A stretch of DNA of 61,469 bases from Eubacteriales bacterium (GTDB taxonomy: Bacteria; Bacillota; Clostridia; Oscillospirales; CAG-272). Positions 47,160 through 55,787 of the stretch are shown here, one piece after another (the stretch's first letter is position 1; every line of letters starts with the position of its first letter). The stretch covers positions 1 to 61,469 of the forward strand of contig JAZTWO010000041.1 of NCBI GenBank assembly GCA_045635885.1, read 5' to 3'. The position numbers and the translations under genes were made by a program. The notes beneath the pieces are model-generated. The model was not told the DNA's origin. It did not search any database and worked only from the letters and a program-made list of their open reading frames with translations.

Positions 47160-48329
47160 TTAAATTTTCAAATATGCCGCAGCAATTTTTCTCGCCTTAG
47201 CATCTGCCTCAAAAATACCGTCAAGGGTATGAATTTCCTTGGCTTCGGGCATTGCATAAACTGTGTAGCAAACGCATTCGGATATCTGTCCGAATTTAAT
47301 TTTTTCATTAAGATATGCCGCAACCGCAACCTCGTTTGCCGCATTAAGAACCGCACACGTTGCTCCACCGCACGAAAGTGAATAAAGAGCAAGATCCAAA
47401 AGCGGAAATGCCTCTCTGTCAGGGCGAGCAAATGTCAATTTTGATATTTTAGCAAGGTCAAGCGGCTCAATAACACCTTCACTTCTATCCGCCTTGTCAA
47501 GCGCATATTGAACACAATGACGCATATCGGGAATAGAAAGTTGAGCAATAACGCTATTATCAATATATTCCACCATAGAGTGAATTATACTCTCACGGTG
47601 AACAAGTACGTCAATTTTGTCGGCAGTAAGTCCAAACAAATGTGCAGCCTCAATTATTTCAAAGCCCTTGTTCATAAGGGTTGCGCTGTCAATTGTAATT
47701 TTTGCGCCCATTTTCCACGTCGGATGCGCAAGCGCACGAGAGGTGGGCAAATCGTAAATTTCTTCCTTGCTCATTCCAAAGAAAGGACCACCTGAAGCAG
47801 TTAAAATTATCTTTTTAACCTCTTCTTTTTTACCCGAGCGCAAGCATTGATGTATCGCACAATGCTCACTGTCAACGGGCAAAATATCAATTCCCTTTTC
47901 ACGTGCCTTGTTCATCACAATTTCACCCGCAACAACAAGACTTTCTTTGTTAGCAAGTGCCAATCTGATTCCGTTTTCAAGGATTGCAAGGGTCGGCAAT
48001 AATCCTGCCTGACCAATAATTGAATTAACTGCGAACGTAGCTCCGCTTTCTTCAATCATTTGGCAAATTCCGTCAACTCCGCAAAAAACTCGAATGTCCG
48101 TGTCTTCAAGCGCAAGCATAAGTGATGCCGAAGCACTCTCGTCGCACATGGCAACAAATTTAACGTTATGTTCCTTTGCCTGCACGGCAACACGTTCCCA
48201 ATTCTTGTTGGCGCAAATGCCCACAACTTCCGTTCCCGTTTTTTTGGCAACGTCAAGGGCTTGCTCACCAATTGAGCCCGTGCATCCCAACACAAGCATT
48301 TTTTCTGTATTATTCATTGTTTTTTCCAA
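47160..48329 (-). CDS. dxr: DXP reductoisomerase (start may be ATG 48317)
   Basis: LGCTGSIG, LANKES, PVDSEH, HPTWKMG, NAANE. Confidence 0.96.
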   Translation of the reverse strand: MEKTMNNTEKMLVLGCTGSIGEQALDVAKKTGTEVVGICANKNWERVAVQAKEHNVKFVAMCDESASASLMLALEDTDIRVFCGVDGICQMIEESGATFAVNSIIGQAGLLPTLAILENGIRLALANKESLVVAGEIVMNKAREKGIDILPVDSEHCAIHQCLRSGKKEEVKKIILTASGGPFFGMSKEEIYDLPTSRALAHPTWKMGAKITIDSATLMNKGFEIIEAAHLFGLTADKIDVLVHRESIIHSMVEYIDNSVIAQLSIPDMRHCVQYALDKADRSEGVIEPLDLAKISKLTFARPDREAFPLLDLALYSLSCGGATCAVLNAANEVAVAAYLNEKIKFGQISECVCYTVYAMPEAKEIHTLDGIFEADAKARKIAAAYLKI

Positions 48330-48351
48330 AAATTTAATACTGCAATATATC

Positions 48352-49209
48352 TTAAACTAATACAAGTGCAAGAACTATAGAAACTGCAAGAATAGAGTCA
48401 AATCTATCAAGAACCCCACCATGTCCGGGGAATATCTTTCCATAATCCTTAATTCCATAAGTTCTCTTAATAACACTCATAGAGAGGTCGCCTATCATTG
48501 AAACGAAAGCAGAAAGAAGTCCTGCAAATCCAAGCAAAACAAGGCTAATATTATAGTCTGTAAGAGAATTTATAATCGCACCGTAACCTACGAAGAAAGC
48601 GATACAAAAAACAACTCCACCTATAGCTCCCTCAACTGTCTTTTTAGGACTAACATTAGGAATAAGCTTGTGTTTTCCAAAGAACACACCGGTAAAATAT
48701 GCAAAGGTATCCGTTACCCATGCTCCAATGAAAATGAAATACCAATAGTATTCACCACCAAAGCTATCACGAATCATAACTATTGATGACGTAGCACTAA
48801 TTATGTAAAGTGAAATAAGCACGCTTGCTAACGTCTTATTCATATCCACGTTTTGATCCTTTTGATAAGAGAATATCCAAACGCCAAGAATATAGAGCAC
48901 ATAAAGTCCCAACACAACAATCAGTGCATCATAAGATCTAACGGGTTTATATGGAATTACCGATGAAAGTGTAGTAGCCAATTTATTATCCAATGTGTAT
49001 CTAACAACAAACGGAGCAGCAACGGCAGCAATATACAACGGAACGGAAATCAAAAGATTTTTTCTTATTCCCATACAGCCAAGAAGCTCCCAAACGCCAA
49101 CAACTCCAATAAATGCTATCGCAATGGGAAAAGCAATCGTGCCTGAAAAAATGCAAATTGGAAGTGCAACCAAACCAAGTATGATTGCTGTAATAATTCT
49201 CTGTTTCAT
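48352..49209 (-). CDS. cdsA: Phosphatidate cytidylyltransferase
   Basis: SPKKTVEG, GDLSMSVIKR, IKDYG, PGHGGVLDRFDS. Confidence 0.95.
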   Translation of the reverse strand: MKQRIITAIILGLVALPICIFSGTIAFPIAIAFIGVVGVWELLGCMGIRKNLLISVPLYIAAVAAPFVVRYTLDNKLATTLSSVIPYKPVRSYDALIVVLGLYVLYILGVWIFSYQKDQNVDMNKTLASVLISLYIISATSSIVMIRDSFGGEYYWYFIFIGAWVTDTFAYFTGVFFGKHKLIPNVSPKKTVEGAIGGVVFCIAFFVGYGAIINSLTDYNISLVLLGFAGLLSAFVSMIGDLSMSVIKRTYGIKDYGKIFPGHGGVLDRFDSILAVSIVLALVLV

Positions 49210-49226
49210 TTTTGTTACCTTCTTTC

Positions 49227-49928
49227 TTAAAGACCACCGTATTTACGGCGTCTTCTATAAAAATCGTTTATTGCCACTATCAAATCGTCATCTGAAAAAT
49301 CGGGCCAAAGCGTGTCGGTAAAATAAAGCTCCGAATAAGATGACTGCCAAAGCAAAAAGTTAGACAATCGCATCTCTCCTGCGGTTCGAACAATCATATC
49401 AGGTTCAACGCAATCCCCAGTGTAAAGAGCAAGTGAAAGATTTTCCTTGTTAATCTCCTTACCCTCGTCAACAAGCTTTTGGCAGGCATAAACAATTTCG
49501 TCCCTGCCGCCATAGTTTATAGCCACGTTTAATGTTTTTTTGAAATGCTTGCTTTCGTCTTCAAGCTTTCCAATCTTTTTTCTCAAAGATTTATCAAGTT
49601 TTTCTGTGTCACCAATAACTCGAAAACGCACTTCTTTTTGTATCAGAGTTTTTCCACATTTGTCAAGATACATCTCTAAAAGCCCCATGATAGTTTTAAT
49701 CTCCAACGGGGGTCGCTTCCAGTTTTCAGTTGAAAAGGCATAAAAAGTCACCGCCTCAAGTCCAAAATCAAAGCAGGTATTTGCAACTCGTTCAAAAACC
49801 TTAACTCCCTCTTTGTGTCCCTCGGGACGTGCCATGCCCCTTGCCTTTGCCCAACGTCCGTTTCCGTCCATAATAAAGGCAATGTGCTTTAAATTTTCGT
49901 CAACCTTAAAATCAATTCTCTTTTCCAA
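49227..49928 (-). CDS. uppS: Undecaprenyl diphosphate synthase
   Basis: IMDGNGRWA, FSTENWKRP, YGGRDE, RLSNFLLWQ. Confidence 0.96.
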   Translation of the reverse strand: MEKRIDFKVDENLKHIAFIMDGNGRWAKARGMARPEGHKEGVKVFERVANTCFDFGLEAVTFYAFSTENWKRPPLEIKTIMGLLEMYLDKCGKTLIQKEVRFRVIGDTEKLDKSLRKKIGKLEDESKHFKKTLNVAINYGGRDEIVYACQKLVDEGKEINKENLSLALYTGDCVEPDMIVRTAGEMRLSNFLLWQSSYSELYFTDTLWPDFSDDDLIVAINDFYRRRRKYGGL

Positions 49929-49993
49929 ATCTGTACCTCTTTTAATTCCAAAAAGGCGGGAATTTAAGCCCCCGCCTCATAGTGTTTTGCTAA

Positions 49994-50548
49994 TTAGATA
50001 GCCATAATTTCCTTCTCTTTTTTAGCAGAGCAAGCATCAACCTCTTTGATGTAGCTGTCTGTAAGGTCCTGAACCTTCTTTTCTGCATTCTTAACGTCGT
50101 CCTCTGTAAGATCGCCGTCCTTCTTGCCCTTCTTAATTGCATCATTAGCATCGCGACGAATGTTACGGATAATAACCTTTGTATCCTCACCCATCTTTTG
50201 AATCTGCTTTTTAAGTTCCTTACGTCTTTCCTCTGTTACCTGGGGGAATACAAGGCGAATCATCTTACCGTCATTAGAGGGATTGATACCAATATCACTC
50301 ATAAGAATTGCCTTTTCAATTGCCTTAAGAGTTGATGCGTCGTAAGGTGTGATTGTGAGTGTTCTTGAGTCAGCCATTCTAATATCTGCCATTGTATTAA
50401 CGGGAGTGGGAGAGCCATAATACTCAAAAGTTACTCTGTTAAGCACGCCTGCATTTGCCTGACCTGCACGGATTGACTGAAGATTGTAGTCATATGCCGC
50501 AATAGTTTTCTTCATTTTTTCTTCAAAATCTTTAATGTTGAATGCCAT
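49994..50548 (-). CDS. frr: Ribosome recycling factor
   Basis: IRAGQAN, YYGSPTP, GINPSNDG, TEERRKEL, IRNIRRDA; hairpin at 49954-77 downstream. Confidence 0.96.
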   Translation of the reverse strand: MAFNIKDFEEKMKKTIAAYDYNLQSIRAGQANAGVLNRVTFEYYGSPTPVNTMADIRMADSRTLTITPYDASTLKAIEKAILMSDIGINPSNDGKMIRLVFPQVTEERRKELKKQIQKMGEDTKVIIRNIRRDANDAIKKGKKDGDLTEDDVKNAEKKVQDLTDSYIKEVDACSAKKEKEIMAI

Positions 50549-50582
50549 AATTTTTTACCTCGTTTTATATTATTTCCAATTT

Positions 50583-51299
50583 TTATCTGTGTAATTCAGT
50601 TCCCATTTTTTCACCCATGATTACTCGATAGATGTTATTTGGGTCGCTAAGCGCAAAGGCATAGCATTTAATATCGTTTTCCATACAAAATGCACTTGCA
50701 GGAATATCAAGGGCCTTAAGCTCCTTGTCAAGAATTTCTCGATATGTAATTTCATCATATCTTTTTGCATTGGGGTCAACATGTGGATCGGCAGAATAAA
50801 TACCGTCGATATTTTTCGCCATAAGAATAACGTCTGCCCCAATTTCAGCTGCATGAATAGCCGCAGCAGTATCTGTTGAGAAGAATGGCATTCCCGTTCC
50901 GCCACCAATGATAACAACCTCACCCTCATCAAGATGACGTCTTGCATCTCTTATACGGTAAGGATCTGCAAAGGAGTTAACCTCCATAACCATCATCGCC
51001 CTTGATTTAAGTCCAACACCATTAAACGTTTCTTCAAGAGCCAAAGAATTGATTGCGGTTGCAAGCATACCCATTTGGTCTGCCTTTGCCCTGTCCATTT
51101 TGCCGCTTTGTCTGCCACGCCAAATATTACCTGCACCAACAACAACGGCTATTTCAACGCCCTCTGCAACGCAGCGTTTCAAAACATCTGCTATTTGTTC
51201 TATGTATTCAAAATTAAGAATACCATTGCAGTCCTTCGCAAGCGCCTCACCTGAGAGCTTAAGAAGTACCCTTTTGTATTTTGGAGTTAAGTTTTCCAT
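50583..51299 (-). CDS. pyrH: UMP kinase
   Basis: LLKLSGEAL, GAGNIWRG, DQMGMLAT, PFFSTDT. Confidence 0.96.
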   Translation of the reverse strand: MENLTPKYKRVLLKLSGEALAKDCNGILNFEYIEQIADVLKRCVAEGVEIAVVVGAGNIWRGRQSGKMDRAKADQMGMLATAINSLALEETFNGVGLKSRAMMVMEVNSFADPYRIRDARRHLDEGEVVIIGGGTGMPFFSTDTAAAIHAAEIGADVILMAKNIDGIYSADPHVDPNAKRYDEITYREILDKELKALDIPASAFCMENDIKCYAFALSDPNNIYRVIMGEKMGTELHR

Positions 51300-51496
51300 T
51301 GCTTTTATCCTCCGTTAAAGTGAAAATTTGATGATTTTGTCAAAATCATACTCGGTCACTCTAAATAATATCATTTTTTTGTCGTTTTGTAAAGAGTTTT
51401 TTATAAATTTATTATATTATTTTATATAAGCATTTTTTAAGCGAATATTAGCACTGGCAAAATCATATTTTAGTGACAAAAAAGCGAGGTCATTTT

Positions 51497-52585
51497 ATGC
51501 GAATTTTAACTGTAATAGGCACTCGACCCGAGGCAATAAAAATGCTCCCATTAGTCAAGGAATTGCAAAAATACAACGAATTTGAACCACTTGTTTGCTT
51601 TAGCAAGCAACACAATACGTTAGCCGAAAATGTTTTTGATTTTTTCAAAATCAAGCCCGACTATACCTTTAACGCAAAAAACGATTTTTTAAATCTAAAA
51701 GAAATGACTATAAATTTTCTTGATTTTTTTGATGTGATTTTTAAAGAAACATCGCCCGATTTAATTTTGACGCACGGGGATACAACTACCGCTTTTTGCG
51801 CTTCTCTTTCTGCGTTTTATAGTGGCATAAAAGTCGCTCATATAGAGGCAGGACTTCGTACTCACAACCCATTTTCTCCCTTTCCCGAAGAATTTAACCG
51901 AGTAGCAATTGACAGCGTTTCAACATATCATTTTGCTCCCACAAAAGCTGCCGCAAAAAACCTATTGTCAGAAGGAAGAACGTCAGTGTTTACAGTGGGT
52001 AACACAGGAATTGACACTTTAAAATATACAATTGACAAAGCATATAAATCACCCATTTTAAATGAAGCAAAAAACAAAAAAATCATACTAATAACTTCGC
52101 ATAGAAGAGAAAATTTGGGAAGCAGACTGACCTCTGCTCTACTTGGAATTAAAGATGCCCTTCAACACCAAAATGACGTGTTTGCCATCTTTCCTGCCCA
52201 CCCCAATCCAAAGGTTAAAAACACCGTAAAGAATATTTTTAGCGATGTCAAAAATATCAAGATTTCTCCCCCTCTCCCACTCTATGATTTTCACAATATT
52301 TTATCTCGTGCTCACCTGATAATAAGTGATAGTGGCGGAATACAAGAAGAAGCATCCTACCTTGGTATACCCCTGTTTTTGTTGCGAGATACCACCGAGC
52401 GTCCCGAATGTATTGAATGTGGAAATACAAAATTGATTGGCACATCTAAAGAGCAGGTTGCACAAGAGCTTTCTTTTGCATTAAATAACGAAGAATGTAT
52501 TAAAAGTATGCAAAAAAGGTCATTTGCCTTTGGCGACGGAAACGCATGTGAAAAAATTGCAAAAAAACTCTTGTCTTTATGCTAA
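51497..52585 (+). CDS. wecB: UDP-N-acetylglucosamine 2-epimerase (non-hydrolysing); start revised from 51473
   Basis: GTRPEAIK, HGDTTT, HIEAGLR, HRREN, SDSGGIQEEA, TERPE; RBS GAGGT. Confidence 0.92.
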   Translation: MRILTVIGTRPEAIKMLPLVKELQKYNEFEPLVCFSKQHNTLAENVFDFFKIKPDYTFNAKNDFLNLKEMTINFLDFFDVIFKETSPDLILTHGDTTTAFCASLSAFYSGIKVAHIEAGLRTHNPFSPFPEEFNRVAIDSVSTYHFAPTKAAAKNLLSEGRTSVFTVGNTGIDTLKYTIDKAYKSPILNEAKNKKIILITSHRRENLGSRLTSALLGIKDALQHQNDVFAIFPAHPNPKVKNTVKNIFSDVKNIKISPPLPLYDFHNILSRAHLIISDSGGIQEEASYLGIPLFLLRDTTERPECIECGNTKLIGTSKEQVAQELSFALNNEECIKSMQKRSFAFGDGNACEKIAKKLLSLC

Positions 52586-52641
52586 ATTAATGATATAATA
52601 TATTGAATTATTATGTACACTTCTAAATCAGGAGGCAAAAA

Positions 52642-53925
52642 ATGAAAATCAATGAAATCAAATCACAAATAATTAATGGGGATTTTGACCTCAAACTTGC
52701 AAAGCTCTATGGCTCTGCGGCATTAAACAGTCAAAAAGACCGCTATATCAATGCAATCAACTCATTCGCTTCCCTTTTTGGCGAAGAAAGAGATGTAAAT
52801 ATTTACTCTGTTCCCGGCAGAAGCGAGCTTGCAGGCAACCACACCGACCACAATAACGGAAAGGTAATTGCCGCTTCAATCGACCTTGATATTATTGCAA
52901 TCGTTTCTCAAAACGGAACAAACACCATCAACCTCAAAAGCGAGGGCTTCCGTCATATAAACTTAGATTACACCGAATATAACCAGCCCAACGAAGCTCA
53001 TTTTGGCTCAACCGCATCCCTTATTGCAGGCATGTGCCAAGGATTTGTTGAAAAAGGTTATAGCATTGGCGGTTTTGATGCATATTGTACTTCAAACGTG
53101 CTTCGTGGTTCAGGACTTTCATCAAGTGCCGCATTTGAAGATATGGTGGGCAATATTTTAAACCACGAGTTCAATAACGGAAGTGTTTCTAATATCGAAA
53201 TTGCAAAGCTTGCTCAATATGCAGAAAACGTATTCTTCGGCAAGCCCTGTGGACTTATGGACCAGGTTGCATGCGCTCACGGTGGTATTGTTTCAATTGA
53301 CTTTGAAGACACAAAAAATCCCAAAATTGAAAAAATAGATTTCGACCTCACAAAAGCAGGATATAACCTTTGCATTGTTGACACAGGCGGAAACCACGCA
53401 GACCTCACAGACGACTATGCTTCCGTTCCACAGGAGATGAAATCCGTTGCCGCACTTCTTGGCAAAACACATCTTCGCCTTTGCACAATGGAAGAAGTTC
53501 TTGAAAACGTGAAAGAAATTCGTGAAAAATGTGGCGATAGAGCACTTATGAGAGCAATTCACTTTTTCCGTGAAAACGAGAGAGTTGATACCATGAAGCA
53601 AACTCTAAGTGCAGGCGAACTTGATCTCTATTTTGCAGGAGTGAAAGAGTCGGGCAAATCCTCTTTCTGCTATCTCCAAAACGTTTATACAACAAAGAAC
53701 GTTGCAGAACAAGGACTTTCACTTGCGCTTTGCATTACAGATAGATTTATGCATAGCAACAAGGGTGCATTCCGTGTTCACGGTGGTGGCTTTGCAGGAA
53801 CAATTCAGGCGTACCTTTCAAACGAAGACGTTGCGCTTTATAAAGAAACAATGGATTCAGTGTTTGGCGAAGGTGCATGCCTCGTTCTTCGTGTTCGTCA
53901 AGAAGGCGCAATTAAGGTAAACTGA
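52642..53925 (+). CDS. galK: Galactokinase-family GHMP kinase
   Basis: PGRSELAGNHTDHN, GSGLSSSAA, PCGLMDQ, RVHGGGFAG. Confidence 0.85.
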   Translation: MKINEIKSQIINGDFDLKLAKLYGSAALNSQKDRYINAINSFASLFGEERDVNIYSVPGRSELAGNHTDHNNGKVIAASIDLDIIAIVSQNGTNTINLKSEGFRHINLDYTEYNQPNEAHFGSTASLIAGMCQGFVEKGYSIGGFDAYCTSNVLRGSGLSSSAAFEDMVGNILNHEFNNGSVSNIEIAKLAQYAENVFFGKPCGLMDQVACAHGGIVSIDFEDTKNPKIEKIDFDLTKAGYNLCIVDTGGNHADLTDDYASVPQEMKSVAALLGKTHLRLCTMEEVLENVKEIREKCGDRALMRAIHFFRENERVDTMKQTLSAGELDLYFAGVKESGKSSFCYLQNVYTTKNVAEQGLSLALCITDRFMHSNKGAFRVHGGGFAGTIQAYLSNEDVALYKETMDSVFGEGACLVLRVRQEGAIKVN

Positions 53926-54698
53926 TGGCAAATTATTCTATCACTTCCCTTTATTCCGGTTCAAAGGGCAATAGCGTGCTTATCGAAAGTGAAAATGCCA
54001 AAATTTTGATTGATGCAGGAAAAAGTGCCCGTGCGCTTTGTAAAGCCCTTGCAGAAATTGATAAAACAATTGAAGAAATCGACGCAATTTTCATCACGCA
54101 CGAACACGCCGACCATATTGGCGCACTTGAAGTGCTACTGAAAAAGCACAAAATCCCCGTTCATATCGTGGGCATTAGTGCCAATAAACTTCTAATGCGC
54201 TCAAAGGAAATATTTGAAGACGTTCTTTGCCTTCACACACCAATTTTCACAGTGAATGTTGGGAACATGAAAATAACAAGCTTCCCCACTCCCCATGACA
54301 GCGAATATTCGGTTGGCTATCACATTGAAATTGGTGAAACGTGCATTGGATATGCCACGGATATTGGCTATATAACCGAAGAAATCAAAGGCGCACTTTC
54401 CGGTTGCGAAAGCATTGTGCTTGAGTGTAATCACGACGAAAAAATGCTTATGGAAGGACCATATCCCTATGATTTAAAGCTCCGCATAAAATCAAATCGG
54501 GGTCACCTTTCAAACCGTGCGTGTGCAGAGTTTGTCAGCGACCTTTGTTTTATCGGCACAAAAAACATTCTCCTTGCCCACTTAAGCGAGGAAAATAATG
54601 ACCCCGACCTCGCCTTTGACGAGGTTTGGAGCGCAATTTCTGACGAAACAATCAACCTAAAAATTGCTTCACAATATCAACCCACAAAACTGATTTAA
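53925..54698 (+). CDS. YycJ/WalJ-like metallo-beta-lactamase-fold hydrolase
   Basis: SGSKGN, THEHADH, PHD, ATDIG, ECNHD, GHLSN, AHLSEENN. Confidence 0.88.
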   Translation: MANYSITSLYSGSKGNSVLIESENAKILIDAGKSARALCKALAEIDKTIEEIDAIFITHEHADHIGALEVLLKKHKIPVHIVGISANKLLMRSKEIFEDVLCLHTPIFTVNVGNMKITSFPTPHDSEYSVGYHIEIGETCIGYATDIGYITEEIKGALSGCESIVLECNHDEKMLMEGPYPYDLKLRIKSNRGHLSNRACAEFVSDLCFIGTKNILLAHLSEENNDPDLAFDEVWSAISDETINLKIASQYQPTKLI

Positions 54699-54707
54699 GG
54701 ACAAATT

Positions 54708-55187
54708 ATGTTAAACGTTAAAATTTACGTCACAGGCACACTTAAAGAGCAGTATTATAAGGATGCCATTGCAGAATATAAAAAACGCCTTAATGCATAC
54801 TGCAAGCTTGATATAATTGAATATAAGGAGTACAAGCTCCCCGAAAATCCAAGCGAAAAGCAGATTGAACAAGCACTTGTGGCAGAGGGGCAAAAAATCC
54901 TTTCCGATATTTCGCCCAAAGCATATAAAATTGCAATGTGTGTGGAGGGTAAGCAACTTTCAAGCGAGGAATTTGCCGAAAAGCTTGATAAAATCGGCAT
55001 CACTCACGGTGAGCTTGCAATAATTATCGGCAGTTCATACGGACTTTCTAACGAATTAAAGCAAGCGTGTGATTTTCGCATGTCGGTGTCAAAAATGACA
55101 CTAACCCATCAAATGCTTAGGGTGTGGCTCGTTGAAATAATTTATCGTTGCCTCTCCATCAATAATGGCGGAAAATATCACAAATAA
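54708..55187 (+). CDS. rlmH: 23S rRNA pseudouridine-1915 N3-methyltransferase
   Basis: EYKKRL, IIGSSYGL, SKMTLTHQMLR, YHK stop; terminator 55192-55218. Confidence 0.95.
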   Translation: MLNVKIYVTGTLKEQYYKDAIAEYKKRLNAYCKLDIIEYKEYKLPENPSEKQIEQALVAEGQKILSDISPKAYKIAMCVEGKQLSSEEFAEKLDKIGITHGELAIIIGSSYGLSNELKQACDFRMSVSKMTLTHQMLRVWLVEIIYRCLSINNGGKYHK

Positions 55188-55220
55188 AAACAAAAGGACT
55201 CAATTTGAGTCCTTTTTTGT

Positions 55221-55757
55221 TTATAAATCAAACTTTTCTTTTATCATTTTCGCAACAACGTCGGGTGCGAGGTTAGTATTGTCAATTCTCAAATAATTTT
55301 CAAAGGGAATTTCGCCCTCTTCACTAACAAGTCGGTGATTATCTTCGTTAAGTAATCTTTGCTCTGAAGCAACCAAATCTCGCTTCGACGCCTTGTTTTT
55401 AAGGCGATTCTCCGTCTTGTTTCTCTCAAGACGAACACTTTTGTCGGCAATAAGCTCCACACAGTAAACTTCATCAAATTTTGATGCGACATTCATCACA
55501 TATTCACGGTCAGAAGGCATATCAAAAGCCCACATCACCGTAAAAATCATACCTTGATAGTCACCTTTAACAAACTCGTCAAAAACAACCTCACGCAATT
55601 TTTGTATTGCTTCCCCGTGAAAATATCCAAAAACATCAATAACCGGCTCAATCATCATGTGATTGTGAAAAAGGCGCAAATCTGTCATCTTCATAAGCTC
55701 CTGCCCCACGGTCATCTTTCCAACCGCCCCACTTCCGATTATCAACACTAATTTCAT
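55221..55757 (-). CDS. P-loop AAA/shikimate-kinase-like protein
   Basis: LIIGSGAVGKMTVG Walker A, FHNH, RLERN..ENRL..K.SKR. Confidence 0.8.
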   Translation of the reverse strand: MKLVLIIGSGAVGKMTVGQELMKMTDLRLFHNHMMIEPVIDVFGYFHGEAIQKLREVVFDEFVKGDYQGMIFTVMWAFDMPSDREYVMNVASKFDEVYCVELIADKSVRLERNKTENRLKNKASKRDLVASEQRLLNEDNHRLVSEEGEIPFENYLRIDNTNLAPDVVAKMIKEKFDL

Positions 55758-55787
55758 ATTTTCACCTGCCTTTTTGATTTTGTTAAT

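Noticed and set aside
55170-55187. SCCmec-like att site at the rlmH 3' end
   Set aside because: The similarity reflects the conserved YHK-stop codons; no convincing direct repeat downstream and no serine recombinase.
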